Source: Iphione sp. A-MEVVRFRX5
Taxonomy: Eukaryota
DNA: 64,000 nucleotides
Direction: 5' to 3'
Assembly: GCA_976226885.1 (NCBI GenBank)
Contig: OZ320313.1
Location: 159,712,001-159,776,000 of the forward strand
Shown here: piece after piece, positions 38,246 through 52,640 of the stretch
How positions within the stretch are numbered: position 1 is the first letter of the stretch
Layout: each line of letters starts with the position of its first letter
Made by a program: the position numbers and the translations under genes
Notes under the pieces: model-generated
Seen by the model: only the letters and a program-made list of their open reading frames with translations
The model's database searches: none
Told to the model about the DNA's origin: nothing

Positions 38246-41200
38246 TTTTCCCCCACGCGTGGGCCACACTGATATTTTACTGACAAGATCTCGTTTTAAT
38301 TTGAGATGAGAACACTTGTAGACTGAATACTTACAGTTTGGCGAGAGAAACCGAGAGCGGGTGTGTACGGTGGTGGAACCTGCTTTAGTTCGCATCACAA
38401 AAGGAGCTGTCTGAAAGTTTTGTTGTGCTCTCACCTCGGTCTTTTTCTCTTGTAAAGTGGCTTTATCATCGGCTGACGGGGCCACAACTGTCCCGTGCCC
38501 GGCGGTATAGACCGGTGACAACGCTGTCAATAAGCAAGGCGTGCAAGGCTGAGGGCAGGGGCACGAGCATCGCCATTGCTGCCAAAGAAATGGGCTGCGT
38601 CGACGGTGGGAGCGTTGACAATCGCTGTTGCCCGAACCGCCAACAAAAGGCCAACATCGGCCGGGCGTCGATTGACAGACATTCTGGGAACGATGACAGC
38701 TGTTTTGCCCACCCACCCCATCTCCCTAACCCCCAACCCCCCACGTTCTCCTACACAATCTGTCACTGCATCTTTCGATGTTTCTTCTCTCTTTCTCTCT
38801 CATTCGGTCTGTCCTTCTCTGTCTATCCCCTTTGCACGTTGCCCACCGCACGCCCCCGTGCAAGAGGGCCGGACTCTTCTCGAGGCAGCGACCTGCCGGA
38901 GGCCATGGAACTGTTCGCGGCGCCTGTGCCAGTCGATAAAGCAACATGAAAGAGCAGCTCGGCCACACCCGGTATTGGGTTGAGCGCTCAGGAGCAACTC
39001 TGTGATAATCATCGGCGAACGTTAGCGACTCATCACGTGTCGGGGCCCCCTTAGCCGGCGGCGACTTGGCCCCTCCAGGAAAACAACACTGCTTGCATGT
39101 TATTTGATGTGATAAACACTGGGACTGGGACGCAGAAATGCTGCAGACCGCACAGGGAGGAAATATGCTCCCGAACGGTCCTTAGTCTCGCAGTGTTCCA
39201 TTCAATAAGCGCCATTAATTGAACATCTGGCACATTCCGAGAGACACTCCCCCAAAGACATCGACGTGACAGGAGCTACTCATTGCATTGATGTCCTCCG
39301 AGGCGGCACTGTTCTGCTTTCCTTTTCCAAGAGCTATCAGTTAATGGGAATTTAAATGGCTAACATCAAATCAATCTTTGCCGCTCCCATGAGGATGAGC
39401 ACCTCGTCTTACCCGGCCATCAATACTTCAATCTGCATTTGGTCTCATCTCAGCGAGGGTATCAGGACACAAGCCTATCATTTCCTCCTCGAAAGATGAT
39501 CCACATTGGTTTTGAGTGCCTGCCTAGAGGTCTTACGTCACTGGAAGCCGTTGTAAAAATCTAAGGAGTCATCATCAGATGTCAGCGTCGTAATGTCAGT
39601 CGGGTGTTGGATTAATCACTCCCCAGCATTAACCCATCGGGCATTCAAAACAACATGTTACCCATTATCGAGATTGTATAAGGGAAAAGACCCACCCGAT
39701 AATATAATTGCCTCTATTATTACTGTCAGAGTCTCATTATTATCTGGTAAAAGCACGTGAGGGGCACCTTGCCTCGGTTGAATGCTATATAAGGCAACTC
39801 GTGTAGCCATTACGCTCGCAGATGTAGTTCGCATATGAAATAGTGATCAGGTGATGGATGTCCTCTTGATCCCAATACTCGACCGGCCTTCCGTCTGGCT
39901 CTTCGCTCTGGCACGCTGATTCGACGCAGGCCCTTGATCAGCCAGGCGTATCTAAAAGCAAAGCCTTCTAGAGTTTGTGTCCAACCGTCACGTTCGCCTG
40001 GCAACGCGCGCGACAGAGCAGTTCAGCCAAATAAGGGGAAGTGATTTCGTGTTTGCCTTGAATTGTTAACAGTAGGTACACCGATATTTGGCCGTTTCCA
40101 TCTTATCGAGCTGAACCATGGTGAATAGCAATGTGATGTCCCGTAAATTGAAGGACCAATACGTCGATGTTTTTGGCACAGGTACGCTTAGAAGCGTTCG
40201 TAAAAGGGTGCAACTATGACGGAGTGTTGATCCAACTGAACCGGGAGAAATACACCTCACACGGATGAACTATGCGACCGGCTCACGTTATTCACACACG
40301 AGGGATCGCGCCATAGTGCTGCTAGGGCGAGAGATATACACTGCAATCACCAAAAACCACACAGAGACGGTCGCTGTGTTCAGCCAGATGTAGCTTCCAG
40401 ATTCACAAATACGACCTTGTTCACCGTTATGCACAGGTTTACTTTAAATTAGACATATGGATTCATGTATATATATAGTCTGTTAGAGAAGAGTAATCTT
40501 TGTAGGAATTTCCGCCTATGACTTTGAGTTATATCGCATAATGCATGTGCATGTATGAATATTCCCTTCAAGCATCTCAGCAGTCCCATGCATAAATCCC
40601 CATAGATCACTTCGGGCCAGCACGCGATCTTTAACGAGTAAATATATTGCCTTCGAGGCGCATAAACAGACCTAATAAGGTTACGATATTGGCCCTGATC
40701 TCTAATTTGCATTGACAATCAATGAACATGAATATTTTTTCCTCGAACTATTGGGCCCAATTAGTTTGAATTTCATCCGTGACAACTCTGATCGAGGTGG
40801 TGTTTTTTTTTCGCATGGAGGCCTCTGGGGGTGTGACATTAATAAACCAGCTTTCCCTTTGATGACACGGGTGGTGATTGCAGTGGATTAAAGGTCGGTC
40901 GGCTTTATTGGCTGCAGATAATGCACTTTATGAGTGGACTATGGGCCCGTGCCGAAAAGGGCACGCGGCCTGGGCAGCATGACCGAGCCCGACTGGCCGG
41001 GCCGACCCAGCTCCCACCCCCAGCACCATTGCTAGTCGGGTTCCTGCGGAGCGGGGGGGGGGGGTTCGAGCCCTGTGGAACACTTACGTCGTCAACCATG
41101 GCTGGCACGGCCCACCCCCAAAGCCCGCCTTGCGACGCCGCCCCTCGAATAGAGTGTTCACGTCGAGACCAAAACAAGATCTATTAATTTCAAGCATGAA

Positions 41201-42839
41201 CTGTGCTCGCTACCCGTCGGATTGAAACGCCGTCATGTCCCAGTGAATCGCACTGGTGCAACACTTTCCTAGCCTGATCTCAAGCCAGTGCTTTTAGATG
41301 AACGAGATGACTAGTGGTGGGTGGAGATCGAGGTTTCACCGTTGTCTTCTCTCTCTCTCCAATAGATTCCAAGTTTGAAAGAGTGAGCCCCCTCGGGAAG
41401 AAGTCATCTAAGTAATCAGCCCCGCCCTTATTTATCCAGCCAATGGAGTGGGAACCGTCTGTATTGAAATTATGTCATATCCTTTATCGAATATATACTA
41501 TGTGTTCACTTCCTTTACTGGAGCCGCATGCAAAGGAAACAAGGCGCGCTAAAGTTCAAACGTGTACCAGCAAGGGTTTTCCATAATTCACAGAGATTTC
41601 CTGACAATAGAAAAGAGCTCTAATCTGTGGTACTGAATCCCGAGCTTGTCTGCTAGTGCTGCCGATTCTAACTAATGCTGCGCGGGTAATTAGAGTTATT
41701 AGCCGATTGTTCCAAGTTGCTTGTGTCTGTTCGTCGCAATATTTATCTTTTGCCCAACGTATTTCTGCATGAACTCCGGGACGGCCTATTGTTAAGCACA
41801 TAACATTTACGTCCGAACCTATGCCGATACAGTCCTGTTAGATTAGGGGAACAATTTTCAAATGATTTGGAAAGGATGGCCACAGAATCTTTCAGAGTTG
41901 TGTTGATAACATCAGGTCCAATCATAGTACAAACTCTGGAAATATTCTTTTCTCTGTGACATACATTATTCATGTTTATTTTTCGGAACTTTGTAGGTGT
42001 AAATTTTCGTCAAAACTCATTTTCTTATATCAACACGCTCATGGATGTAAGTGTTTTCAATTTATTATTGGAATATATCGGGCATAAACATTTCCATAAA
42101 GGTTGGCTGATTGTTTTTTGCTTTCTCTGGACTTCAGGTGCCGCTGTGGGTGTGGGTGAGTGGGGGGTGGGGTGCTGGGGTTTTCCTCCGGCATTTTCTG
42201 CGTGATGAATGGGCTTCTCCGATTGGGAACAATCTAAAGCGGCTGGCCGTGTAAATATTTCAGAGGCGCTCAGGATCATCCGTCACCTGCACATAAGAGG
42301 AGCTCCAGCTGCCAACATTGCTTTTCCTTCCTTTTCTTTAGCCTTGTAACTAGGAATTCTATACAGCCTCCGTTTCATTCGCCGCCTCGTTTGAACCGCG
42401 TCATTAAAGTTTCCCTGTATTATTTCGCGCGGAAGGTGATCGATCGGGGCACATGTGAGACGAACCTTTTGCGTATACATCTTCACTATATTTTTTTTCT
42501 CTCGCACGGAAGGAAGGTGATGACTTCAGTGATGTTTTTCTTTGGCATCAGCAAAAGGCCGATCTCAGAATGAGACTTTCCACTGTTTTCAAGTGAAGAA
42601 ATCTAAATTATGCTCATCTGCCAAATATCCTTCCTACGTGCATATATACATGCAGACCAATATATCCATATTTATATACTTAACTCAATCACAAAGCCCT
42701 TGTCTTCGAGCGCTATACGCGTCTAGAGACACTGTACATTATTATTCAATGGAGCCTTCTATCAACATTTCCCTTCGGTTGTAAAAAGTCCATCCTCGCG
42801 ACATTTACTGCATAGTCCCTTTGTGATTCATAGACTTAC

Positions 42840-42909
42840 CTTGTGCTGGCGAATCTGCCAGTGTATATCCGGCGATAAGACTAAGGCACATTACTAAGTA
42901 GGCAAGCAT
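42840..42909 (-). CDS. Probable first coding (signal-peptide) exon of the Ig gene
   Basis: ATG at 42909 with A at -3. Encodes MLAYLVMCLSLIAGYTLADSPAQ+G (hydrophobic core, then small-residue T-L-A cleavage-like site), followed by a strong phase-1 donor CAAG|gtaagt. A possible acceptor (ccttgtctgtacag|) at 42984/42983 would make the full exon 42840-42983. Confidence 0.65.
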
Positions 42910-45900
42910 CTTCACGCAGATGAAGTAGCGCTCGTCTGTCGTAGTACTCTCACGAAGTGATGTTCCGACTTTATCGGAGTCTACTGTACAGACAAGGCGT
43001 ACGTTCTCCCATGGAATATAACAATATAGGGATATGGAGATGATAAAACAGAGTGACGCAAGTAGGTCGCACGGATGCCCGCATGGATTGTGGTAGTCGT
43101 CCAGTAGGAACGTACACTACATTTTTTCCCTCAACTACTCCGCAACTGTTACAAGATGAGGTGGTGCGCACTAGGATCAAATGATGGGGTCACTTGGCGA
43201 AATAACGCATGCGTATATATCCACTTTGCAATTATTCCTAAGCGACGAGGGTGAAAATTGCTGCTCTGCAAATCCACTATTTGCACGCAGACTTGAAATA
43301 GGCGACAGTCCGAATACGAAGGAAGTGACAAAAAAGCGCTATGAGGGCATAGAATGACTACATCAAGCATGCAATATGTGCTGCGCAGCAATATTCTGAC
43401 AGTCTGCGTCATATTCCTCATCTATATACATGCATACATATATGGATAGATGGGTTTAAGGTGCCTTATTCAGTACAAAAGACAGCGATGGGTTGTTCCA
43501 GCTGTAATCAACTGCAGCAGTTGGAAGATGACACGATGAACAAAAGGCTCACTCTCTTCATTTGTCTGCCCGATACTCCGCCGTCTTTTCATCTCGCTGG
43601 CCAAAATGAAGAAGGCAGCAGCGATTTCCCTGAGCATAATTACTGGTAATGCCATCTAATAGTCCAAGACTTCAGTTAATTAACTTTACCACTGTAGGGA
43701 CCCGTTCTGTTGCAACGGATGTGGCTTCATTAGGCCATGGCATGAGGTACAGCAGGAGAGACAGACAGCCGGAGGAACACCATTATTGCCTCGGGCATGC
43801 ACGCAGAGCCTTCCATGTAAAACCAACAGAAGGGGCCTATGGTGGTGGTGGCCTTAGACGTAAAAGCTTTAATTAGTACCTATGTTTCTAGAGATTGTAT
43901 GGGTAAACAAAAGGCATTGTCGAATGTGGTACTTATAGCGAACAATCAAACACTATATGCCGAGAGAAAAAAGATCGCAAACAATAACCAGCGGTTACCA
44001 GTTGGAATGAACAGACTCCAGGGTTTTTATGCTGCAACAATCTATGTTTACATGCAAAGATTCTTCTCGCGTATTTTGCATTGTAATGCAGAAAGTCTTC
44101 CAGCCTATATATTATTTATCGGCGCTCGTTGTGTCTCCTTCATATTTCCCTTCGTGTAACGCTACCTACCCTACCACTAAACTCCCCAGAGCAATGCCAA
44201 AGATCTCAGATGGCCTTATCAGTCAGTGGGGCCAGACAGGGGAGGAGAGAGATTGGAATCACGAAATATATTGGATAGAAAGTCGGTTTGACAGACCACT
44301 GAGCTCTGGAAAGACATGTTAGGACATTCAAGAAGTTCCTGCTACATAAAAAGGAAGCTCCAAAGAGAATAAACAGGATCTGAAGGCAAAAATAAGAGAT
44401 TTTGTGACTCATTATTTTTAAGAATTGCTCGATATTTCTGTGGACAAATTAATTCGAAGTTAGTTTTAAAAGCAGATCGAAAACAGAAATGTTTCCCCGA
44501 CCAATTACTGCTTGAAGTCAGTATAGACAGAGCGATCGGAAACTAGCACGGTTACAAAATATTATATAGGGCAGCTGCTAGATAAAGATACATGTAGTAT
44601 TCCTATTTTCTAACCCACTACGTCTGTGCAAATCTGGCGGAACGTAATGTAAAAAAGCATCAAAGTTGATGTAGTGGGATATGATGTTATTGTGCGGCTT
44701 GCGAAAAATTGATGTTATGTTGATGTAACTGTGTTATAGCCTCGGGACGAGAATTGGTAAATCCTCTGGTGAACGCAGAAGAGGCGGAGGATGCAGTTTG
44801 ATCTTACCGCTGGTCCAACACAGAGCTACAGTATGTGCCTGTTTGTATGTGGGCGTGTTTTTTCCCCTTCTGTTCCTGCACCAGTCTGTCGATCAAGGGG
44901 GCGGGCATCACTGGTAGCACACTGCCTCCTGGTTAATCGGGCTTTGATGCCTCTTGATCCGACGCCCCGCGCCTGTAGGGAGGCGCGCCTCACCGTCGGG
45001 CCCCTGGGGATCGATGACCAAATCGACAAAGTGTCTCCAGCCCTACCGGTTCTTCCTAACCTCCTAGCATCCCCTGTCGAAGGGGGGCCAGAAGCTTACT
45101 CAATTCTCCTTCGTCCATCCGCTTCCGACCACTGAACCACCCGATACTTCTAGAAAGACCAACGGCATTTTTTTTCGCTACGTGATAAACTTTTTTTCAT
45201 GCCAGCTATCATTTAGTATCGCCGGTCGAGAAACGTGCAACATTTAAAATACACTTCCTGCCTCAAATACTTGACTGGCTACAAATTACCCTGGAAGTTT
45301 TATCTGGAAGTAAGTGAGAGAATTTATGACAACTTCGCTTTGAGAAGGCTTCATAGGCTAAGCCTGCTATACACGGTATACTCAGATGTATTAACCTTTC
45401 ACCTTAAGGCAAACACTCTTGGTCAAGTCTCTACAGACAAGAACCATGGCCGCGGGGAATTCCATTCTTAGGAATGGTTACACACGAGATCAAAGTAGAC
45501 TAAACTCACGGAGGACTAGGGGATCCCTCGTAATGTCATTTGTTAAGGTTCCTTGAATCTACCAAAGAGGAGGAGCCCGAGGCTCCGGCCATTCGTCAAA
45601 GGAAGTTCAACCTTGAGACGCGCCGTACTTGGTGCCGTGCCAGGCATAATAGAAGGCACAAAAGTGATATGTGGCTACTGTAGTGGCTTCGGGAAAAGGT
45701 CTGGGCTTCGCCTTGGTCGCCCCGTCCGGCCTTCCATTGATGACCGATGGTTGTGACCGTTTATGTTAGCCGCAAAGCGCTGTCTATATGCACGCGGTCC
45801 TCCTGACTGGCATTGACAGCTTAACGTTGCGGTGCATTTTAGCCCTGACAGCCGCTCCATCTGTAAGTCAGCCGCCTGGAATTAGGCGCCCGATGCAACA

Positions 45901-48900
45901 CGGGCAGCTTGACTTATTCGAGATCACAGATGCTCTTTTGATCTGTTTCGTCACAATGGCAGATCAAGATCTCAGGAATCAATCTCGTTCACCATCACCT
46001 TCTACCTCAAAGATGCTTTCAATCTTTTACACATATTAGACTGGTCTATATGTGGAGAGAATCCTGCTCCTGCCACCTGCAAAGTCTTCTCAGGTCTTAA
46101 TATAAGCATACTCAATCCGACTCTTTATTTTAGTATTTCGATTCAATTATCAAATTATTCAGTTATCGTTACCAAATAATATTGCGCGTCACTTTCATAT
46201 TAAAACATTCTGCATGCCAACTGGGTTTTGAAATAGGAGCATTTTAAAATAGAGCACATCAATCTGGATACACATTTTCAAAGAAATTTGTTCGCCAACC
46301 ATGAGAATTTAAACGGCAAACCCATGAGACTATGTTCCCCCAGCCTCCGTCCTATCTCTTGAATAAAGGCACCGGTAAGGCCTCGCCTGTTAGCCTTGTG
46401 GCCAGGTTCTTTACTATTCCTGTTGATTGTATGACATACTTGTCCGAGCAACAACCGAAATCCAGCCAGTGCCCTTGGGAACGAGGACACATTTTCGGTC
46501 TCCCATAACTGTAGCAAGGGCAGCAGGACCGACAGCTGCAAGATGCTGATATTGACTGTTATGTTGTTTCCCTTCCAAATAAATTCAGTATAGAAGTGGA
46601 CGCATGCAGACATTCTTCGAAAGAGTTCCCCGTCTCTGAACAATGGAACAAGCGATAGTTGTAGCAACAATGACGTGCCGACTATTATCGTGATTTCATA
46701 CACCCTTGTAATCCTGAAAACTTGTTTCCTGGTTTATGAATTACGCGTCTTCAGCTATACCCTATCTCGAAGATGAATTTACACTGCCATGACGGAAATG
46801 TTTCCATAGATGATCATATGGTTTTGCCTATTTCGCATTCTTTTTTGCATATTTTACAAACATTGCATACTATTCACGATAATATATATCCCATCACAGT
46901 TAAACGCATGCAAAAGCAATTTTTCATAACTCCAATAGCTTAGAATAGATTTTTCCCCTTCTTTATGGGTAAACACATTTTTAAATGGGGGGGGGGGCGG
47001 GTATCGTGGCGATCCATTCTCATAAAACGAATAACAAGTGTGGTTTTGAATATTTACTGACCATTTCTTGACTCGGTAAATATGACACTACAAGGGATCT
47101 CCGGGCTATTACATGCGACCCATTTGAAATAAATAAATGACTAGAAACATGCACATAGAACACTTTCCTGGTGTTCTCTACCGTGGCGTCCACACAGATA
47201 AAATGTATTGTTGTGGAAATTTCCTTCGAATTTAGTGGGGAACAGCACCATTTGGGACACACTTTTCCCGACAGAAAAAGGTCAGGAGCCAACAAGTATC
47301 TCTGTTTTCCCTGGTCTGTATGAATCGTTCTCCCTCTCCTTGAGTCGGTCGATGGTGCTAATAGGAAGTTCAGATTCGTTCAGCGATTTCGTGACCTTTA
47401 ACTCCCTCATTGCTTTCGCCCTGATCTGTGGTGTGCCGGTACTTAGGGTTCGAGCATCGACTGCCTTTCCCGTCGATTTAGAAAGTGTCAAAACGTTGGA
47501 CGTGCTGGATGGAGAGTTGTGATTTGTTGTCTGCATTGATCTACGGGAAAGGTACGTCGTTTTATTTCGTCGCAGGTTTCTATTTGCTTCGCGTTAACTT
47601 AAACTGCATAGCACCTTCAGCCCCGCCCCGATGCCTATGTATAGCTTGGGCGAATTCCCCAGGGCTTAACGACTAGACAAACCGTTTTAGATATTATCCC
47701 ACTGATTCGCCTCCACTGATTACACGACAAACTCGGGAGTTTACTTGTCCCATCCAGAGTCAGACGCCTCAGCGCCTCTCAAATCAGGCAGTCACGTTGG
47801 TGGGATGAGGGAACTGTTTGTACACGTGACCGACAGCTCAGACCAGTCCAGCGATTGGACTTTCCTTCCTCGGACGCGATACACAAACCTTACGTCCGAT
47901 CTCCCCAATACCCGCTGCACTGTGGGGTAAAACCGCCCGCTGGCGGCGCCACTGAGGTACACTGGCCGACCTCAAAGCCCACAAGCATTTAAAGCGCCCC
48001 TCAGTGACGTTAGGGGGAGGGAGACGAAGGTTTGGGTCCCGCCTTTTTGTAGCGGTCCGCTCCACCCAGCCAGAAGATCTCATCAAAGCTGAGCCACTCA
48101 TCCTGCAGTGGAGCAGAGTCGGTTTCTGTTCGGAGAAACATGTCTATATTGACGCCTTAATTACAAAGATTTATATTCATGTGTCTTATCGGTTTACATA
48201 TTTGTCCAAAAAAAGAGAGAGCGTGACGGATTGTTTTAATAATAAATCGAACGTAGTAGTCTGTTGTTTGAACACCGACGGCGGTATTGAACAAAATGCC
48301 AACAGAGTTGGCTCAGACATTCAGGCGTCAGAAATGCTGCGACCGACAGTGTACCTCGCCCTGGCTCGTAGCCTATCTGCCAGCCACCTCTTGAAGGCAT
48401 GCATTTTTGTGGCCTTTCACATATGAGATGACCAAATGTTGGTTGTCCGACAAACCCATTCGATATGGGGATCATATGAGGCAGCCTTAGTTTTATATTA
48501 CTGTAGTCTATAGAATCTGACACAACGCCTCCGAGATAGGCCCTCAGAAGTCGTGCCGACATGAATATTAGAGCAGTTCCACGTATGACTACGCCGCTGC
48601 CGTATTGAATTGGCAATGCTACCTTATCGGCAGTGCCGAACTCAGGCCACAGTTTGCTTGCCGGTCGGTCCTTCGAAAGAGATATTTTTTTCGCCTACTT
48701 CCTACGACAGTTTGCATATTTAAAGGGACGTGTTGAGCAGGAAAGAGGAGTGCTCACAGTGGCTAGCATAGGGAACGGTGTCTTGGGAATGTCGTCTTGA
48801 GGGCCGAGCAAGAGAGAAAATGACGGTGTCGTCAATATCCATATCAGCTCACACATTTGATGCTTGGAAACTAGGTCTTTTCTGCTAACTGACAGAAAAG

Positions 48901-51900
48901 CATGAATAGAATGCGGCGAGTTGAAATGAGTGTGCTAGAGGGTATTTGCGTTCCCAAAGAGCAATTGTATTCTTTACATTCGGCACTGTACGTCTCAGGC
49001 TTTTATAACCATGTACAAAAGCTTACGTCAAATATCACAGGTAGAAAATGTCCCCTTTAGCTTCTGGCATCATCCCATTTACAGCAATGGAAGGAGACTT
49101 CTTGGTGCTCACAGACTAAACCTAATTCAGAGGTTGTGTACGAGGACGTCTGAAACAAGCATTTCTTGTGTTATGCCAAAAATATTTGGAGGGCAAAGAT
49201 ATATATATATAATTTTATTTTTCTGTATCTGCTCACTATATTGCCAGCACAAACTGTCAAAAACGGATTCACGAAACACATTTACTATGATCAATAGATG
49301 CTGCTGTGCTGCGTATTCTCGATCCCAGAGGCGAATGCCAGTATTGTAAGGTTTGGGTTTTTTTTGTAGCTTCTAACCACAGTCACCCTGTGCAGGTTTA
49401 TCACGAATATGACAGAGGTGAACGTGAGAGAAGGCAACTTAGAAGATGACCCTCCCTCAGGGTTGTGTTTGGTCCCAGTGGGCATCCACGGTTGCAGTCC
49501 AAATCTAGTTAGCTTAACAGATGTGGACAGTTTGAGTCCTGCTACTGGTCACTTACGGTCGGAGAAGCGTCAATTATACACGTTTTATCCGCCCTACATA
49601 GATTCGAATGGACCTGGCGAATTCGCTTCCCTTCGTGCAAAGCATCAAGCATTTGTCCTGGCATTTGCCTGGCCCAACACCACCGTAGCTAACACCTAGA
49701 CCCACCGCTAACAGCACCCTGAAAGGTCCTCTGTCTTCTTTAAAGAAACCAGGGTGTGTGTATGTGTGTACGTGGTTGAGTGGTGGGGGAATAGGTATTG
49801 AAACCGGATGCAAGCATTAACCATCCAGTTACGGCAGTTAAACATTGGTTACATCAATTACCCTGGCGCGGCCTCGAGCCGGGTCGAAACCTTTGTTTCC
49901 TAAATTAATTCAATCACGAGACTGCTGAACTCATTACGATTATGAATCGGCACGAAACAAAGTGAAACAGGGAACGGAATAAACATAATTGGCCCTCGCC
50001 TCATTTATCAATATTTCTCGCCGATTTCTGGAGGAGAGATGGGACAAAGCGTGGCCCAGGAGCCGGGATCATCCAGGCGGTGTTGGTGGACCATATCCTG
50101 GCCTGTTTGACTCCCAGGTGGCTCGGGTCTGTTGCTATTTGACAAATAGTGGTCTTTCATCAAGGCATAGTGCCAGTAACTGTCGCGCGCGCGCAGTGCA
50201 GGAAGTCATGCATAATTAGACGCCGACTTTTCCCGGACGAAACCCGCATTCTGTAAAACCTCTGGCCATCTTAGGGTGAAAGAGCTAGAGACAAAGACTC
50301 AAATTTATGGCACACTTAAGTTCACCTTGGACCTATGCTGATAAATAAACCGGACTTAGTGAGCGGCACTGAGCACGGGGACAGTATGAGAGCCTAATCT
50401 AACGACCAGGTAATGGGCACTTTGTTCAGCAGCTGAGAAATCGGAGTCCATGGCCAGGAGGTATCGCTGGGGCAGCGTTTCCGCAACTAGTGACAGGCAA
50501 TACCTCTGGGGTTTATCATAAAAGCAGATGCTGCCAATGCATTGCCTTCTGCACCATGCTCACCATGCTGAGGGAACGTGATGAAGCATTCAAGGAAGGA
50601 CATGGTTCAGGTCCTAATGTTGAACAGAGGATGCGTATGGTAATATATGTATGTTTTACCAAGCAAGGTTCTTAGGAGTGTTCCAATGATGATGCCATTT
50701 CCATCGGTAGTGCAACAAAATTTTCTTGAATGCCCGATGAAATGACGCCCGTATCTACACCAAATGTGGAGTAGAAGTTCTGGTTCTTAAAATAACTAAA
50801 GAGAAAGCCGGCCGAAGAAGTTCCAAACTCATTCCAGATCTGCTGCAAGACTTCATAAATTGCATGTGTCAGCCAAGAAATTCACGGACAAATTATAGGT
50901 AATTTCAATAAATTGAAGAATATCATTTCGTTGCTTGATTACGCGATGTTATATGGAGGCTTTGGCTGCACGTCCCGCCGTGCCAAAATGGAAGCAGATT
51001 AAAGGCTGACCAAAATGCAAGGATGCTCTCGGAAATGGAAATAAACTGCGGAAGCAGCCGTCCGACAAGAGTTTTTCTTTTTTATTCCTGCCTCGATGGG
51101 AATAATGTTCCGGAAATGTAAAAAAAGTCTCTATTTAAAGCACATTCCCCATTGTGTCCCTTTGATCTAATTCTCGGAATTGCCTGAAATAGGAGGAAAA
51201 ACTACTGGCGGTGACGCAATTTGTGGTTGTTTTTATCCACTCTGAAGAACTATTCCCTCTCTCCATCACTTGGTGAGAGGTAAATTTTACGTTGGAAAAA
51301 AAAACATCGCCGTCGATATTCTACTTTGGAGAAACCCTTTGGAGAAACTCTATCACGATTATCCAGCCATTTTTACAGCAGTACTGCAAACAACGGCTTT
51401 ACGGTGGCGCTGACCCAAACGTTCACGACGGCTTTAATTGAGGGCTAAGGGCATAAATCTTCCTTCCCAACGTTCATAATCTTTCCCCGTGTTTCTTGGT
51501 CGTGAGTCCCTTGCCCGTTTTTATGAGGTCTCCTTGATCAGTCTTCATTTCCTAACCCCCGTCCCTGATAACCCCTGATCTTCATCTTAGCGAAAGGCCT
51601 TTGTCTCGGAGAAAGGTTGCCCCTAGGGACCCCGCCTAATGCCCTGCTCTGGCCGACAGGTTAGGTTATGTTCGCGCTGCTTCGACTATATAGAGCCGAC
51701 CACTAGCCAAAAAGCGGCAGCAACATGGTCGGCTGTTAGCAAAATGTCTTTTCATTCCATGAAATACCCCACATAGACAGAGCATAGAAGTGTTCGAGTT
51801 TTCCTCTCTTGGTGTAGGCATGACTCTTTTTGGAACAATCGAATAAACTGAACAAGATCTAAATAGAGGCAATGATATCACACGTATTTTTATTGTTAGT

Positions 51901-52414
51901 GAAACCTCTTTCATATTAATAGGCACAATACATGTATATAAATCTATAAGGACCTCGGTTTAACACGCAGCGAATGCCACAAATCGGACGCTCTATGCCC
52001 AGCCAGCATACATATGCATAAAGTGTTGCACATATCAAAGTGCTTTTTTGAGGTAGTATGATAATGAGGTTGGGTATTTATAGTATAGGTTTTCTTTGGT
52101 CACTTTCAAACAGCTCTTCAGTTATAATGTATTCCTAAACGACAGTTTATCATGATAAATCAGATCTATTTTTTGGGGTACTGCATTAACAAGATGGTAT
52201 CGGGCGCTTTCTATGCGAACAGACTTGTGAAGAATCCATTTTTCTATAATTATCCGGCATCGGTGTTGGATTCCATCCTAGAAGGCGGACATTAGGATGG
52301 ATTGGTTATAGCCGCATGGATTGTGATGATGAATACTTTCAATCATGTCGACAATGATGCGAAGTGACAACATGATCATACATTTCCATTAAATATTCAG
52401 TGGAGCGCAGTATT

Positions 52415-52640
52415 GCCGCACTCTCTGGCGCTATGCTGCGGGCGGGCGCGGCGCCGGCGGAGGGCGGCGCGACGGAGCATGCACGGTCGGCTCGCTAACC
52501 CTTGTGATTATGGTAACACATCCGCCCGACCAGCGCCCCGGCCGGCCCGCCCGCCCGACCAGCCCGCTGCCCCGGCTCGCGGCCGCTGCCTGCGCCGCGG
52601 CGCCCTCTTGTCACAGGCGCCGGCCACATCAGCTCGCCCC
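52415..52640. promoter_or_regulatory. CpG-island-like GC-rich block, candidate enhancer or promoter
   Basis: Very dense CpG/GC (gcgggcgggcgcggcgccggcgg..., ccgcccgacc x2) in an AT-rich background, with no recognisable coding motif. Confidence 0.45.

Noticed and set aside
40066-40260. Minus ORF with WSFNL...VQ...AKYRC, Ig-like
   Set aside because: Motif spacing is wrong, a stop follows immediately and there is no donor.
9800-47460. GGTTCGA B-box-like words (9802, 31075, 41063, 47447)
   Set aside because: No A box or cloverleaf; no tRNA or SINE called.
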